A stretch of DNA of 64,000 bases from assembly GCA_973895155.1 (NCBI GenBank), contig OZ316894.1:3620944-3684943 (forward strand), given 5' to 3'. The notes beneath the pieces were generated by a model. The model worked only from the letters and a program-made list of their open reading frames with translations, was not told where the DNA came from and made no database searches. Shown here piece after piece: positions 51,321 to 64,000 of the stretch (position 1 is its first letter; the number at the start of each line of letters is the position of its first letter). The stretch comes from Marsupella aquatica (lineage: Eukaryota > Plantae > Marchantiophyta). The position numbers were made by a program, and so were the translations under genes.

Positions 51321-53480
51321 ATCAGACAGAATATGCGTCAGATTGCACCTTTTTTGGCCGTGATTTGACGGTTTTACGTGCCCAGAAAGCCATCAGCTTG
51401 CCCATCAGGTTAAATGTGGCTCCTAGTTGAATCACAAAGCACTATACTTACTACTATAGTACATTCAAATTAATGTAATTTGTTGTCTCACCATAAAGTA
51501 CTGTACCTCTCTCACTTTTAAAAAGGTGTGCATGTTTCATTAAATTTTCTTAGATTCATTCTTTCAATATTTGTGTTTGGTCACATGAAATCTTGGTTAT
51601 AATCATTATTTCAATTTTTTTGGATAAGGCAAAATAGGCATGTATGTGGATGAACATGCTATGTCCCCTAACATTATGACATTTCTCTTTGTAAATGCAC
51701 CCAAAAATGAGCTGTTTGTAAGTGCAGGTCTACCAAAAGACATAACCTATATCTCATCTCCCCAAGATTGTGCACTTATAGAGGGTCAACTGTACAACAG
51801 GCACAAAGTCATTAGAGGAAGGTCACTTGCAAAAGTGCATCAGAAGGGACAATGGGCCAGACACTTGCACATATCCAACAATTTGATTGAGCCAATTTGC
51901 CACTCGTCACCACACCTAGTTCATGCCCATGATATATTATACAATCTGGGCATTTGTGTTACAACATGAAAGGAATATTCCTTGAGTTTGACACTATGGT
52001 AGTAAATGTTGACAATACCTTGGTTACAGCTCTTAGGACACTACAAACTGTCAGATATGAAATTGTTAGAAGGGTCACACTTACTACAATTTCCTACCCT
52101 CACAAGGGTTCTGTTTAATTTTATCAAGGTATGCGACTTGGTGAATATATCTTTCACTCACATATGTGGGCACTCGATGTATACAAGGATTCACCTACTA
52201 CAGTTACAGCAGTCTAGCCATATGTTATGCATTTTGTTTATGAAAACCCAAAGTTACTACTCAGGATGAATGCCCTGATGACCTAAAGTTTTGACCATTG
52301 AGATACAACTCAAGGTAAGTCCTGCAGCAAGTAGACTTTGCCTTAAAACCAATACCTACGGATATAAAAGCCCCATTAGCAAGTAGACTTTGCCTTTAAA
52401 CCACACCTACCTATATAAAAGGCCCATTCCCTGCCATCTACTACTCCCTTGTGTCTAGCGGTCAAAAGTATGCTCACCATAAAAGGTGGAGCACTCACCA
52501 CAGAAATTGGAGCTCAAGTCCATTCCTACTGAATCTGTGCCGTGTAAATAGTTACTCATCAAATGACACTACTCTGGGTTAAGTCTTTTACTTTTGCCCT
52601 TGTTAAATCGATCAGGATGTTTGATCACAAATTCGTCAAGGTAATGTAGTATGATGTTGGAAGTAGCTGGCTCAGCACCAAGCCCTGCGAATGCCTTTGT
52701 CACCTATGACCTGACCGGAAGTTCACAGGTTTGGACCCGGATAGCATCAGGTTCAATTTTACCAAAAGGAACTTAGATTCGCCAAAGTGGCTCCTCATCT
52801 CGAATAGCAATCAATGGCAGGTTAGCAAGACGATCTTGGGCTTTCCACAGTCCAGCTGCAAACTACAAGGACCCGTCAATCCCACTTTTAAGACATGCTT
52901 CCAATTCAGTCTCCCACCACTTACGTGGCAAGGATGAGTTGTACACTTTGGAAGTCTTCTGGCGTTCCCTGAAAGTCCAGCGATAACATTTTAAAGATAT
53001 TTTTGGAGTTTTTATCCCAGTCATTCAGTCAGTAACAATATTGATTGTGCAACATGCGACTAGCGGAATAAGATTACTGAAGAAATGGTTGGTCATAAAT
53101 TTGGAGAGTTTGCTTCTACATGGAAAACCTCATCCTTGGGTAAGAGAGCTTTTCCCTCGAAAATCCAAGCCTCAGGTAATGCCGGGGGGGGGGTATGCCC
53201 ACATGTATACTCAGGACCTCAGTAATGAAAAGGGGAGCTTTCGTCTTATATTCAGTATTGGTTTTTACCAAAACCAATACTGAATAGCCGCCCTGTAACC
53301 TACTGAGAAAACTAGTGGTACTGCAGGAAAAAGTAGGCCTAGCAGAGCAATGACTGTGTAGGTTGTTGATAAACCAAGGATTTTTTCACCAAAGCAGGTT
53401 GGAGGGTCACTTCTTGTTCTAAGATAGACTCCTTTCAGAACGAAGTTCAATAAATGTAAATACCTTGGACAAAAGAGCCA

Positions 53481-54882
53481 ACACCTTTGAAATGAGTTTT
53501 AAAATTATAATTCTGTTGGATTAAAGAGCCAAAGTTGCAAAATGTTTCCACCACTTGTGGAGGTGGTCCAAAATTCTAGACAAAGTAAGCCCTCTGTATC
53601 AACATTTACTTGGGGCAAATTCTTGTCATGTAGGATTGATAGACACCATACTTGAATATGCCCACAATGACCTGCAACCTGACCTGGAGTGCCCAGAGTG
53701 AAAGTGCATGAAAATACTATCCTCCATGGACCTCATTTACTTATATCTTACTCTCCCATTTTCAGTGTTTGAATTTGATTTGTAAACAAGTGCAAGCAAA
53801 TAATGAATATCTGGCAACATATTAAAATTCTCATATTTAAATTTATTTGCAAGACAGAAAAAGAAAGAGCAAAAAGATGATGAATCTGGGGCTTTATATG
53901 TATTGCCAGAAATCATGAATCTTGGAGAACATATCCTTTTAAAGTTTTAAATTTGATTTGTTAGGATGGACCACCATGTAGACCACATTTTGATGGTCCA
54001 TGAGAGTTTGGGGCCTATCACTTGAATGATGATTATGAGTCCTATAATTTTTAGTTTTGCACCTGCAAGACACTAGAGGGAGGAGACTTGAAAAGCACAA
54101 GCCCAAATATTTCATGCTAAGTAGTACCATGATAATTCGTCTAATGGAAATTACCCTTTAATTTGCATTTTATGATGAAAACTCAACCAAAATGTCTGGT
54201 CAAAAATATATGGCAGCCAAAGTAATGCCCTGAAGTTCAGTATGAACCTGCCTGTAAGGTTAGTATTCATTTCTCAGGCTTCCGCTGTAATACCAAAAAG
54301 GAAGGTCTAATTAATTTTAAAGCTTCTCTCTTTAGCCAAAAACAGCTACAGTAACTGCCAACAATGGGGTAACAGCTACTTTAGCTATGCCATTTTTGTT
54401 TAGCCAAAAACAGCTACAATAACTTCCAAAGGAGTAACGGCTACTTCTGCTACAGTAGTTTTGTGGATCACTAATCAATACAACAACAGAAACAATACTT
54501 CACCTACATTTGATGCAAGCAATGCCCCCATTTGTTCCAGCACTAAATAGAGGTAAATAAAGCTGAATCTCGTAGCTGTTGAATATAGGATGGCTATTGG
54601 TGGGCATTGTCCCGCAATAACTGGAAATGATGGGCAAAGGGGGACAAGGTTGCAGGGCAGGCGGGACAGGGAAAGTTGAGAGCAGTTTTTTGGCATCTGT
54701 TGGGCAGGGTTCAAACTTTTCTACAAATTGACAAATTGGTGAAGCATTTGCCCCCGCATTTACCTGTATAGGTCTTCTTGGGTTTTTCCCTTGTTGTCTC
54801 CCTTATCTGTATGTGGACATTTTGGAACCTGTATGGAGCATTTTGTTCGTGTCAGTGTGATAGAAATATTTTTAGCTGAATG
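53481..54882. repeat. Copy 2 of the ~1.4-kb duplication
   Basis: Aligns with 1-1473. It lacks a 141-bp segment that in copy 1 is flanked by CCCTGAAGTTC repeats, and has a local TTAGCCAAAAACAGCTACA duplication. Confidence 0.95.
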
Positions 54883-55544
54883 TTATAGACCCTACCATGA
54901 CAGTCCAAATCACAACATGAAGAAAGGCAAGAAGGAAAAGCAGGGGAGGTTGACTTGGAAGGAGGCACCAGAGATTCTAAACATACAGTCTTAGACTATA
55001 GCTTGAAAAAAGGAAGTGTCCGAGAGGGCCCTGGAGGGTAAATGGGATGAGGTAGAGGCAGCACATATTTGAGCAGATTGTTGGAGCAGGCCCCTTTATG
55101 GAGTCCAGGCTTCTCCTCTAGTCAATCTCTAAAACTCTTCTCACCCATCACCTATAAACAAAGGATAGGGCTTTTTAAATTGATTGCAAAGAAAAAATAG
55201 AAATGTATTCAAAAGAAGATTAGAGAGTTTTTAATCAATTTTGAGACTTATACATGAATGTGATGTTTTTAAATGTCAGTTTGGGGAGTATTCCAAGATT
55301 ATTCCATATTTCTAGGGATACAAAAATGTATATCTTTGGGGAATTTAATTCCTAACATTGCAGGTGACATTGGAGGTTCCATATAGTGACACCCCTAGGT
55401 CTCTCCCTCTTCTAATTCCCTTAATGCTGGTTACAAGCACTGTTAGTGCTGCACAAGAACTCCATGACCCACCAAGAAGGTGCCACATAAGTGTTCCTCA
55501 CCAAGCTGGTTTCGTCACTTTGGATCCCACCAAGCTCATCTATC
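54881..55544 (+). mobile_element. Possible LTR remnant
   Basis: Begins TGTTA exactly where the duplication homology stops. TATA-like CTATAAA at ~55153. Ends ...TATCA followed by a degenerate PBS-like GGTAAAGAGC. No TSD. Confidence 0.3.
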
Positions 55545-56357
55545 AGGTAAAGAGCATAAAAAGGGGAAGGGAGGGAGAGGAGGGGTTGAGGAGGGGTAAC
55601 AAGGGGGAGGGGAAAATGGAGTCACCAAAACTCAATGGGATTTTGTAGAATCAATTTGATCCTAATTAATAATAATTATTTAGCACTATCTCACGTACAT
55701 TAGATGTACCACTTGGAGCCACATCATCAGGTTCACTGGTCACATTAATCTAAAACTCAACGGGAATGGGATTTTCTAGAAAAGATACGATCAGAATGAT
55801 CTTTGTCATATAGATCAGAGTTATGAGCTTAGAATGGCCAACCCATGACTTGTATGCTCCCCAGTTTTTAGCCCATCAAATCTTCCCATGAATGAAAAAA
55901 ACCCATCAAGTCTGGGGAGCGTCAAATTATGCAGGGCTCTAGATTGCGGTGATGCAATGCCAGTTCATGTGGCACACGCGCGAAACAGTAATTATAATGC
56001 AGTTTAAAAAATAAGGCTTATGATCTCATCGGCTTCCCTGGCCATAAGAACTACCTCGTATGAAAACTGTCTAACCATTTGTCAATTTAATAATTTGACA
56101 GACTATTGATTCTTCGCTAAGTCGTTACCGCCTTGAAGAAATTGTAAGGGATGCATTGGCTCCCATCCTGTAAACACATACCAACCCACTGGACAGGTCA
56201 GACCTTCGTGAGAGAATAACACAAGTATGGGGAATTAAAAGTCTGTGAGACCACATGATAAGGAGCAAAAGAGCCTTCTTCAAAATGCATTACAACTAAG
56301 TGCAATCTTCCGATGTTAGTTAGAAACCGAAGATTTCATTTCGTCCTCTCAAACTCG

Positions 56358-59300
56358 CTAAAGCTTTACCCAGTACTCACTCTGTGCAAGCCATGATTCA
56401 ACCTCCTCCACCTCTTTTGGAGCAGCAGCTGTGAGAATCTGTCAACCAGTGAGCTTTTTAGATCTGATATATTTTGCCATGAACCATTGTTTGGAACTGG
56501 GCATCATGGTGAGTAACACCTTTTCCACCCACTAACCTTACATCCTTACCCTACTTAATTGAGAAAAACCTCAAAAGTAGAAGAGGACATGAAACACACC
56601 TCATGCCCGGTTGGAGTTATCAGAACTTCATCCTCTATCCTAACTCCAATTCCTTGATACCTGCGGAAAGCGTATGTCGAGAATCAATTTGTTTCAATGA
56701 CGGTAAAGAGAGATTTAGAAAGTCAGTGCAATTGGTCCCTTACAGATAACTACTCGTCTGAGAATCTTTCAAGCGTCCCCTTAACCAACCCATATTCCAC
56801 TATCCCACGTACATTAGATGCTGCCAAAGATTATGTACATGCAAATTATGACCATTGTAATGTCAACAACATCATTTTAGACTGATAACAAGTATACAGG
56901 ATCTCGGAATCTGTATTCTCTAATTGATGCATTGAGCATTTTCATTTCATGTATCACAATTACCTCTCTGGAACCGTTGATCTTACTGGTATGTACAGAG
57001 CGGGCTCGATTGTAATAATCTGTAAGACCCAAACTCAAGTTATATCTTTTATATAATTGAGAACTCTATCCTCAAAACCGATTCCACTGCTCTAACTCAC
57101 GTAAACTCTGGACAGCTCAACTCATTTATTCAAAGCTGAATAGCGAACAGTGTTAACATTTAAAGGTATAAATTTAGCTTCCGATACACCGTAGGTTCAG
57201 AGAGTCATGCGCTACTGTATGGAAACACAAACTACTTATAAAGAAATATGAATGACATTTTCAGTTCATTTGCAATGCTTCAACGAAAGATACCACTCCA
57301 GGTTGAAGGGGAACGTCCAGGCTGACAGCTCCACAGTCGTGTACATCCATCCCCAGATAATGACCTGCACAAGTGAGTGCATGGGTAAGAAAATGCACCC
57401 AAACCTTCACCTTCTACTCGCTAGGTGAGCCTTAGATTTCATCAGCAAGTTCGAAACTTTCTAGAGGTTACAATATACCAAGTCACTTGGATACCATCAC
57501 AGGACCAGAGAATTCTGTCGATACTTGACATCAAATAATGTCGAGAAAAATCCAGGTGGTCGCAGCATAGAAGAGCCTCACCAACTGCGCTTGGATTAAA
57601 GCTCAAGTACGTGCGTCCAAGGCTGTTGCTATTCTTGGCGAGGCCAAGCTTAAGAAGCCCCCTTGACAAAATGAGTCCCTGTGCACCAAATAAGAGTACA
57701 ATTTTGTGAACAATGGAGACTGAAGAATTTGCAACTTGAGCTACGTCTAGTGTAGCACACTGTTGTCGCAAACTGTGGTGAGCTATTCTTCACTAGTCCG
57801 CAGGTAGAGGGAGCTAAACCCCTTGTTTCTGCTAAAAAAATTGCCTTCTCATAATTTCTTCGAGGGCTTTTGGCATCCCTCAAATTATTCCTGGTCTGGT
57901 TCTCTAGTAAATCTCGTGTTAATTCCAGATAGGAGGCAGTGATCTTTTACCGATTGAATATGTATTTCACGCAGTGTGACCTTTGGTCTGCACATCTTCA
58001 AGCACTCCTTCATGGCCTCCAAAACTACCTCATAAACTTCCCTCTGAATTTACCAAAACGCAGAGAGAAGATCCTAGCCATTAATACTCAAATACTGCTT
58101 GATTGAGTGAATGCATCAAAGTGCCACTGACCAACTGATTTCTAGTGTACGAATTGGTTCAGAACCCTAGATAGCAGTTGAAATTCAGAGCTGTGCCTGG
58201 CATTCTCATCATAACCATAATGTCCTTAATGACCAGTAGGTTGGAACATGATTGCTCTAGCAGGTAGAATAGTTCACAAAGCAGAAAAGTCCAAGAGGGG
58301 GACGTAATACTTGAGCATCGGAGAAAGTTCCAGAAGGAGGCCAACAACGAGTCATATCGCTGACATAACCATGAAGTTCACATCCAGCGTCCATTAAAAC
58401 CATATCTCCTTGCCCAATCTGGCATTCCCATTGAGGGTCAAACAACATTGTCAACAGGCAGTTTCACATATCACATATGGCTTGTCAGCTCAATATAGTA
58501 GTCCTGGCCCGGAACCAGTATCTTCACACAGAATACAATGACATCCGATAGAGAAAAAGAAAATGCGTTCAAAATCCACCGTCATGTACGAAAAGTTTTA
58601 AGTCGCAGTCAGGACTTACTCGTGAGTCGTTTCGGGAATAATGAATCACGCTAGCATTGGCTCCCCCACCCACTACTGGTGGAAATCTGACAGCAAAAAG
58701 GACGCTCAGTTATGTTCACAATCTCTTGACACCGCTAACGAACTGAAATTGTATAAACATACAGATTCCCCAAAACGAGCAGAGTTTTAGACACTCCCCG
58801 AGTATAAGTAAGGTCTTTAAGATCAATCATCCATGTCACTGTTGAATTGAGCACGTATAGAAGAAACATATGATCAATTGAGTGCGACAATTTTCCTCAC
58901 AATTTACCGCTACACAATATCAATCAAAGGTTGACGATCTCAAAAATTGTATCAATGTGAACTTAAACAAAGTCCTACTGCATTTCCAACTGGAGAGGGT
59001 TGATGAAGACGTGATAGAGCCCCCAGGAAGAGTAATCACGCCCTATACAGACTAGCTGTTTGATGAGTCGGTCAGTACTCGTTTAGAGGTTTTTAATAGC
59101 GGGTTTAATAAAGCGTAAGGGCCTCGCTTCCCCATATTTCTGTTTTTCTTTGCCGCAATAGAGTATCCAGAAGATAGCCAGGAACGAAAGACACCTTTTT
59201 GGGTCCCATAAGTCCCTTTGCTCGATCCAACCCATCTCAAATGGCTTTAGTTTTGCACCATCAAAATGTTGCAATCAGTCATCCATGCCAGGTTACAGCA

Positions 59301-62300
59301 GGCCTGGTCTCCATGATCTGGAATGTAGTCTTATGGAAATGCAAATCATTCACATTCGTATACAGTATCTTTAGTTCATATGGCGATGTAACTGTTTGAA
59401 GCTAGGCAAGAATTCTTACGACATCCGTTGTGCTCCCCTAATCTTGCATTCGTATTCCATTGTTGCTGCCAATATGCTTTCATGGGGCCAACGTTTAGAC
59501 ACAAGCATTGTCTGCAAAAATGCCTGACAAGGGGAAGACGTGGCAGAGTGAAAACTTCGAAATGTCTGGCAGAAAATCTTTCTCAAGAAACTGATCAACC
59601 ATGACATTCTTGACGTTTATTGAAACGGCTACAGATGAGCTAAACTCTAAATACCAAAACGCGTATACGACCTGCTCGGTGTTGCAAATCAAACCAGATA
59701 ACCTCTTTCCAGAATCCTGGCCCAGCATAGAGGAAATTCAGATAGCCTAAACTGTACTTTACATAACAGAGCACAGAAAATCGTGCAGACCTGGCAAGTA
59801 ATTTCTGCCACCTCTCGCATGCGCTCTATTTCAGAAGAGGATTTAATCCAGCGAATCTGATGAGAGTAATTTTGAATGGGCTGCACTTTCTGTAGACGCA
59901 CAGCCTCCTGAATTGAAGGTAGGCTCCAGATCACCTGTCTCTGGGATGAAGTATCAAGCAAAACAGCTTTCGCTTTACCAATCTTGTCCGGTAGAAACTG
60001 CATACAAGACAAACAGTAAATCATGAGAATTGGATCTAATAAATCAAAGAGATATTGTCAGAATTTATCTTCGATGGGTCCAGTCTCCCAGGTGGTCGAG
60101 AAAGGGGAGGCCCGCATTCTATCCTGCTCTTCAGACCTCTCTAGAGTACTGTCTCTCAGGAATCTATGAATCATAAAACCCTCACGGAGTTCCTTGCTGC
60201 CTCGAGTCTAACCTCTGTCAACATCTCCAGTCAAAAGAAACAGTTTAAGTCCTCAAAACTTTGTGATCCTCAAGACCTCAGGGAGTTGTTTTATACTGTA
60301 CGTCTGATCTGCTCCAAAGGCACGTCCAGCTGCAAGGGAATCTGCTAGCCGTCCATCCCAAAGCTCTCTCTGCATCACCGAATTTCACCGATGAGGACTC
60401 AGTGGAACCAAAGCAACTGAACGCCTCAATTAAGCAGCAACCTCACAAAGACAAGAATTTTTAATATTGAGAAGATACTTCACTGAGAATCAGACTTTTA
60501 CTACATGGCTGCAAAACAAGTCAAGATTAATAATAGTCCACGGTGTTTAGACTATTGCCTTGACTAGAATGAAATAATTTTGTGCAACTTCGAGTTAAAC
60601 ACAGCCAGAGGAATAACGGCACACACATAACCCATGGCAATCGACTAGAAATCGAAAAACCCGTCGCCTAATGTCAATTTCAGCCCTTTCGAGGACTATA
60701 ATTATAACTTTGATCATTAAAATAACATTCAAGCTTCCAGCGTTGTCCAAATCTTACTACTCAAACACATGCGGGTAAATTGGTCTCGCAAAGAGTGACG
60801 TACGTGCCTTTCAGACAAAACGGTAATGTTAAAACAAAAATTAATTTTAGTGAGAAAATCCCTTGACCTCTAGTGACATTTTGAGCTTTAAAGTTATCAA
60901 GTACCTCTGGAGAACGATCTGGCATGAACATACACAGATCTGACGAATCATCAATTATAGCAATCCCACCAGGCTGCTGGCAGCCTGTAAAGTAAAGATA
61001 GTCTGCATCTTGGCGGAATGGGTAAGGCACCACATCTGTCATTTGCTTCGCTGTAGCAGATGCTAAGATCACCAGACTCCCTACTGGCACTAATTCTCTG
61101 AGCTTTTGCCTTCTTAATCCAAATTCTTGTAGAGAAATGCCAGGCATGATCTCTCCAGACGCCAACAGCTACACCATGAACAAGTCAACTTTAAGGATGG
61201 AGTAACAGCATCGGCGAAGTTGTGAGGGTAGCCATCCTACCAAATTATTACAAATTACAAAACGACAATATTACAAAAAGCACATTGTGGGTCTCTTAAA
61301 GGGAAACGTAAAGGTGATTCTAAAACTACGTGAAGTGGTGCTGGTGAGACCAGATCCAAACAAGGCCATACAAATTACAATCTTGAACAGCAAAGAAATT
61401 ATCACATTTTTTCAGGATCAAATGAAAATCAGGAACTTAGAAACTCAGACCGGCGTGCAAGGTGCAATCATAACATTGATTTAGAATCATGTGATCCGAC
61501 AAAGGACCAACAATGTGTATTTTCTGACTTTTTGGCATGGCTTATCCTGATAGATTTCCATTTGCCATGAAACTGATACAGCTGTAACTTGTCTTACCTC
61601 AGGATGTGTTTCAAATGTTGGTTGGCCAGCATCGAAAACTCCTTTGGCTGCTAAAGCAGCAGAACTGGAAAAGTCCCTAAAGATTCCACGATGTTGCCCT
61701 GGCTCTCCCAACTGATCCAGGGAAGCCAAATGACCACCGTCAGCATGAGAAGTTGCTTAACTATGTGAGATTCCAATATAGATAGTTGTACTGGCCAAAT
61801 GACAGTATTGTTTCGGAGAAGTCAAACAGGAACAGTTATGGTTGCCGCGACCCCATGATAAAGTCACTGAGATAAAGCTGCCCGCATTAGGTTCTATCTT
61901 CAAACTGGAAAGGGTCCAAGATCGTAGAATCTCAGGCACAGTCGAGAAAATGCACGATCCCACTCATTCAAAAAGGTAAATGTTCGCTTACATGCACGAA
62001 ATTTCATCCCTGCTTTTGTACTCTATACCTCAAAATTGACTTGCTTGACATCCTGGTTAATGAAGGCCTTCTAGCATGAAGTTTCACTGCCCGGTTTTGA
62101 GTTTTAGCCCCATACAATCTTCGATACTCTAAGAAGCTCTATGAGCCTCTAGAATACCATCATTCAAGGAAATGTGTCAAATGAAACATTCTCTTCAGTT
62201 CAAGAACAACAGCTTGTAAACATTATATTCTAAGTTCACTCTTATCCTGTCCGAGCAAATCTCTGTCCAAAGCAATTTCCTAATTTCTGCAGATCGCATT

Positions 62301-62556
62301 TTCTGTACACAGGAATTTCAGATTTCGGTAAATAGCAAACTTCGTAATTCTTCTACATAACTATAGCAACACTGTCGAACATCAGCGATGCGGAATTCGG
62401 GGTAGGGGTTTAGGGTTTAAGGTCAGAACGTGACAATTTCACAACTGCATCAATTTGTAGACGCCCACCTCTTAATGCATGCTTGTCCATTACCTGGAAT
62501 AGGCAATTGGAGGACGCTCTGAAGTGCCGCAGAGCACCACGCCTCCATCCTGCCAT
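56358..62556 (-). CDS. ICP55: Mitochondrial intermediate cleaving peptidase 55 / Xaa-Pro aminopeptidase 3 (M24B), 14 exons, 492 aa
   Basis: Exons 62556-62494, 61711-61598, 61168-60905, 60369-60277, 59997-59791, 59523-59420, 58686-58620, 58418-58311, 58043-57951, 57678-57582, 57364-57294, 57019-56964, 56660-56600 and 56438-56358; all GT-AG and phase-consistent (1479 nt). Motifs GQPTFETHPE, YPFRQDADYLYFTG, LMDAGCELHGYVSDMTR, GHYLGMDVHD, TIEP, GVRIEDEV. Confidence 0.95.
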
Positions 62557-62956
62557 TAATCTCCACCACCACCAAAACGAGCCTTCGCTCCTCTTAGATG
62601 TCTACTCAAATCCTTCCTTCTCCTTGTTCGTCTGCTATTTGTCTTCCTTCTAAAGGAGAAGGATATTTGCATTCAGCCACAGTCACTTCAGCAACCATGA
62701 ATTCACCACTGCAGACACGTTCATGCACTATTATACTAGTAACTTGGTTCGCTATCTTTGATAGCAATTTTTTTCTGGGAAAGCTGTGAACCTCACTGAA
62801 AGTCAGTCATGAGAGTTGAACCCAAAAACTATCGGTTTCTACTCAAGTGAAGTGAGCTGTCACAAAGTCATGTCTCTCTAGGCTTGATAGCAAAAAATTA
62901 AGTTTACTTTAGGCTTTCAAGGCAAAAAACATTTATTTGCTTAATTGAAAAACAAA

Positions 62957-63170
62957 CTTGCTTCCCAACACGTGAGTTAGCTATTGGAGTTTATTCCATA
63001 GCTCTACCTGACTTTTCAATAATAGGTTATATAATCTTGCTTCCAAACACCTGAGTTAGCTATTGGGGTTTATTCCATAGCTCTACCTGACTTTTCAATA
63101 ATAGGTTATATAATCTTGCTTCCAAACACATGAGTTAGCTATTGGGGTTTATTCCATACCTCTACTAAGC
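62957..63170. repeat. 79-bp tandem repeat x~2.7 upstream of ICP55
   Basis: CTTGCTTCCAAACAC.TGAGTTAGCTATTGG.GTTTATTCCATA at 62957, 63036 and 63115. Confidence 0.9.
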
Positions 63171-64000
63171 TTTTCAGTTGAGTAGTGCTTTAGTTCTTTT
63201 ATTGTTCTTGGGACTCATACTTGGCTCCAAGGCTTTTTGGCCCTTTGGTCTTCTGCATTTTTCCTTTGGTTTCTCCCTCTTATTGGGTAGCATGGTTTTG
63301 CCATGTGTGTCCCAGTTTGGTGCTTTTTCTATTCTTTTGTAATAATTAAATATCTAAGTCATAACTTGGTTTTTCATGTTTGATTGCAAAAACTTATGTT
63401 AACAATCTTCCAGATGTCTCTATATACATTTCCAGTATTTTGCTGGCATCTAGCCAAAACAAGTGTCTGCGGTCTATTCCAACAGAAAACACATTTCCCA
63501 GGGCATTTCACCTCATATAATTTTTTCAGATTGTCATGTCTGGAATTGAATATACTCTCCATTTCCTGAAATGACTCACATGTTCTTCCAGTCCACAAGT
63601 TTTGAACTGTCACTCCACTTGCCCTAGACGCTAGAAAAAATTATAATTTGTTTTTTTCATGAACTTAATCACAAATAGAATGAATGGGACAGCCTTTTAA
63701 CTATGGCCTAATGACAAGCACAAGTGATCTTTAATAATCTCTGAGCACAATTGACACATCAAACAATTAACAAAGAGGATTTGAAATGCAGCAACCCTTA
63801 AGGATGATCAGGTTCACCAGAAAATAATAATTTATCTATCTAAACACTATAATATGTAATATGGCTCTTTCTTTTCATGATCTATTTATTTATGACTTTC
63901 TATTTTAGTGCCATTGGATTAAGGTCAAATTTTTCATTAACCAGAAGATGAATGCCCTAAAGTGCCCTGAACCTTTAGGCAACTTGTCACTCTCCTCACA

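Noticed and set aside
51072-51368. Gly/Arg-rich ORFs
   Set aside because: Artefact of the G-rich low-complexity repeat.
51640-53450. Possible degraded coding or retroelement sequence
   Set aside because: No recognisable motif in any frame, so no call can be supported.
62398-62422. Telomeric repeat (TTTAGGG; also CTAAACCCT at ~3522)
   Set aside because: Only 1-2 units; at most a telo-box, not an interstitial telomere.

Overview
Eukaryotic, land-plant-like nuclear DNA (spliceosomal introns; possibly a non-seed plant, not determinable with certainty). It is mostly nested transposons, plus one intact 14-exon host gene (mitochondrial ICP55/Xaa-Pro aminopeptidase, 56358-62556, minus strand). The main structure is a 27.7-kb CACTA element (3075-30755, TIR CACTAGAAGAAWCCGA, TAC TSD) that splits a CRE-like retrotransposon relic. 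It carries a 3.2-kb hairpin-array element, captured RPL18a and ubiquitin fragments, decayed TnpD/TnpA genes and a MITE. Most interesting, it also contains a nested 11-kb element (19332-30308) with CCCTGGGCCCT TIRs and an 8-bp TSD. This element encodes a ~1.4-1.5k-aa transposase with P-element-like catalytic motifs, zinc fingers and a BAH-like tail, and carries a captured RAF2 gene copy. A 173-bp MITE with the same TIRs, and three CTCGGG-ended MITEs, all with 8-bp TSDs, lie elsewhere in the window. Also present are a TPR/repeat ORF, a membrane-protein ORF, Helitron-like 3' ends, a long-TIR foldback element, a second truncated CACTA, and a ~1.4-kb duplication (1-1473 / 53481-54882). All protein family calls are from visual motif recognition, not database searches.
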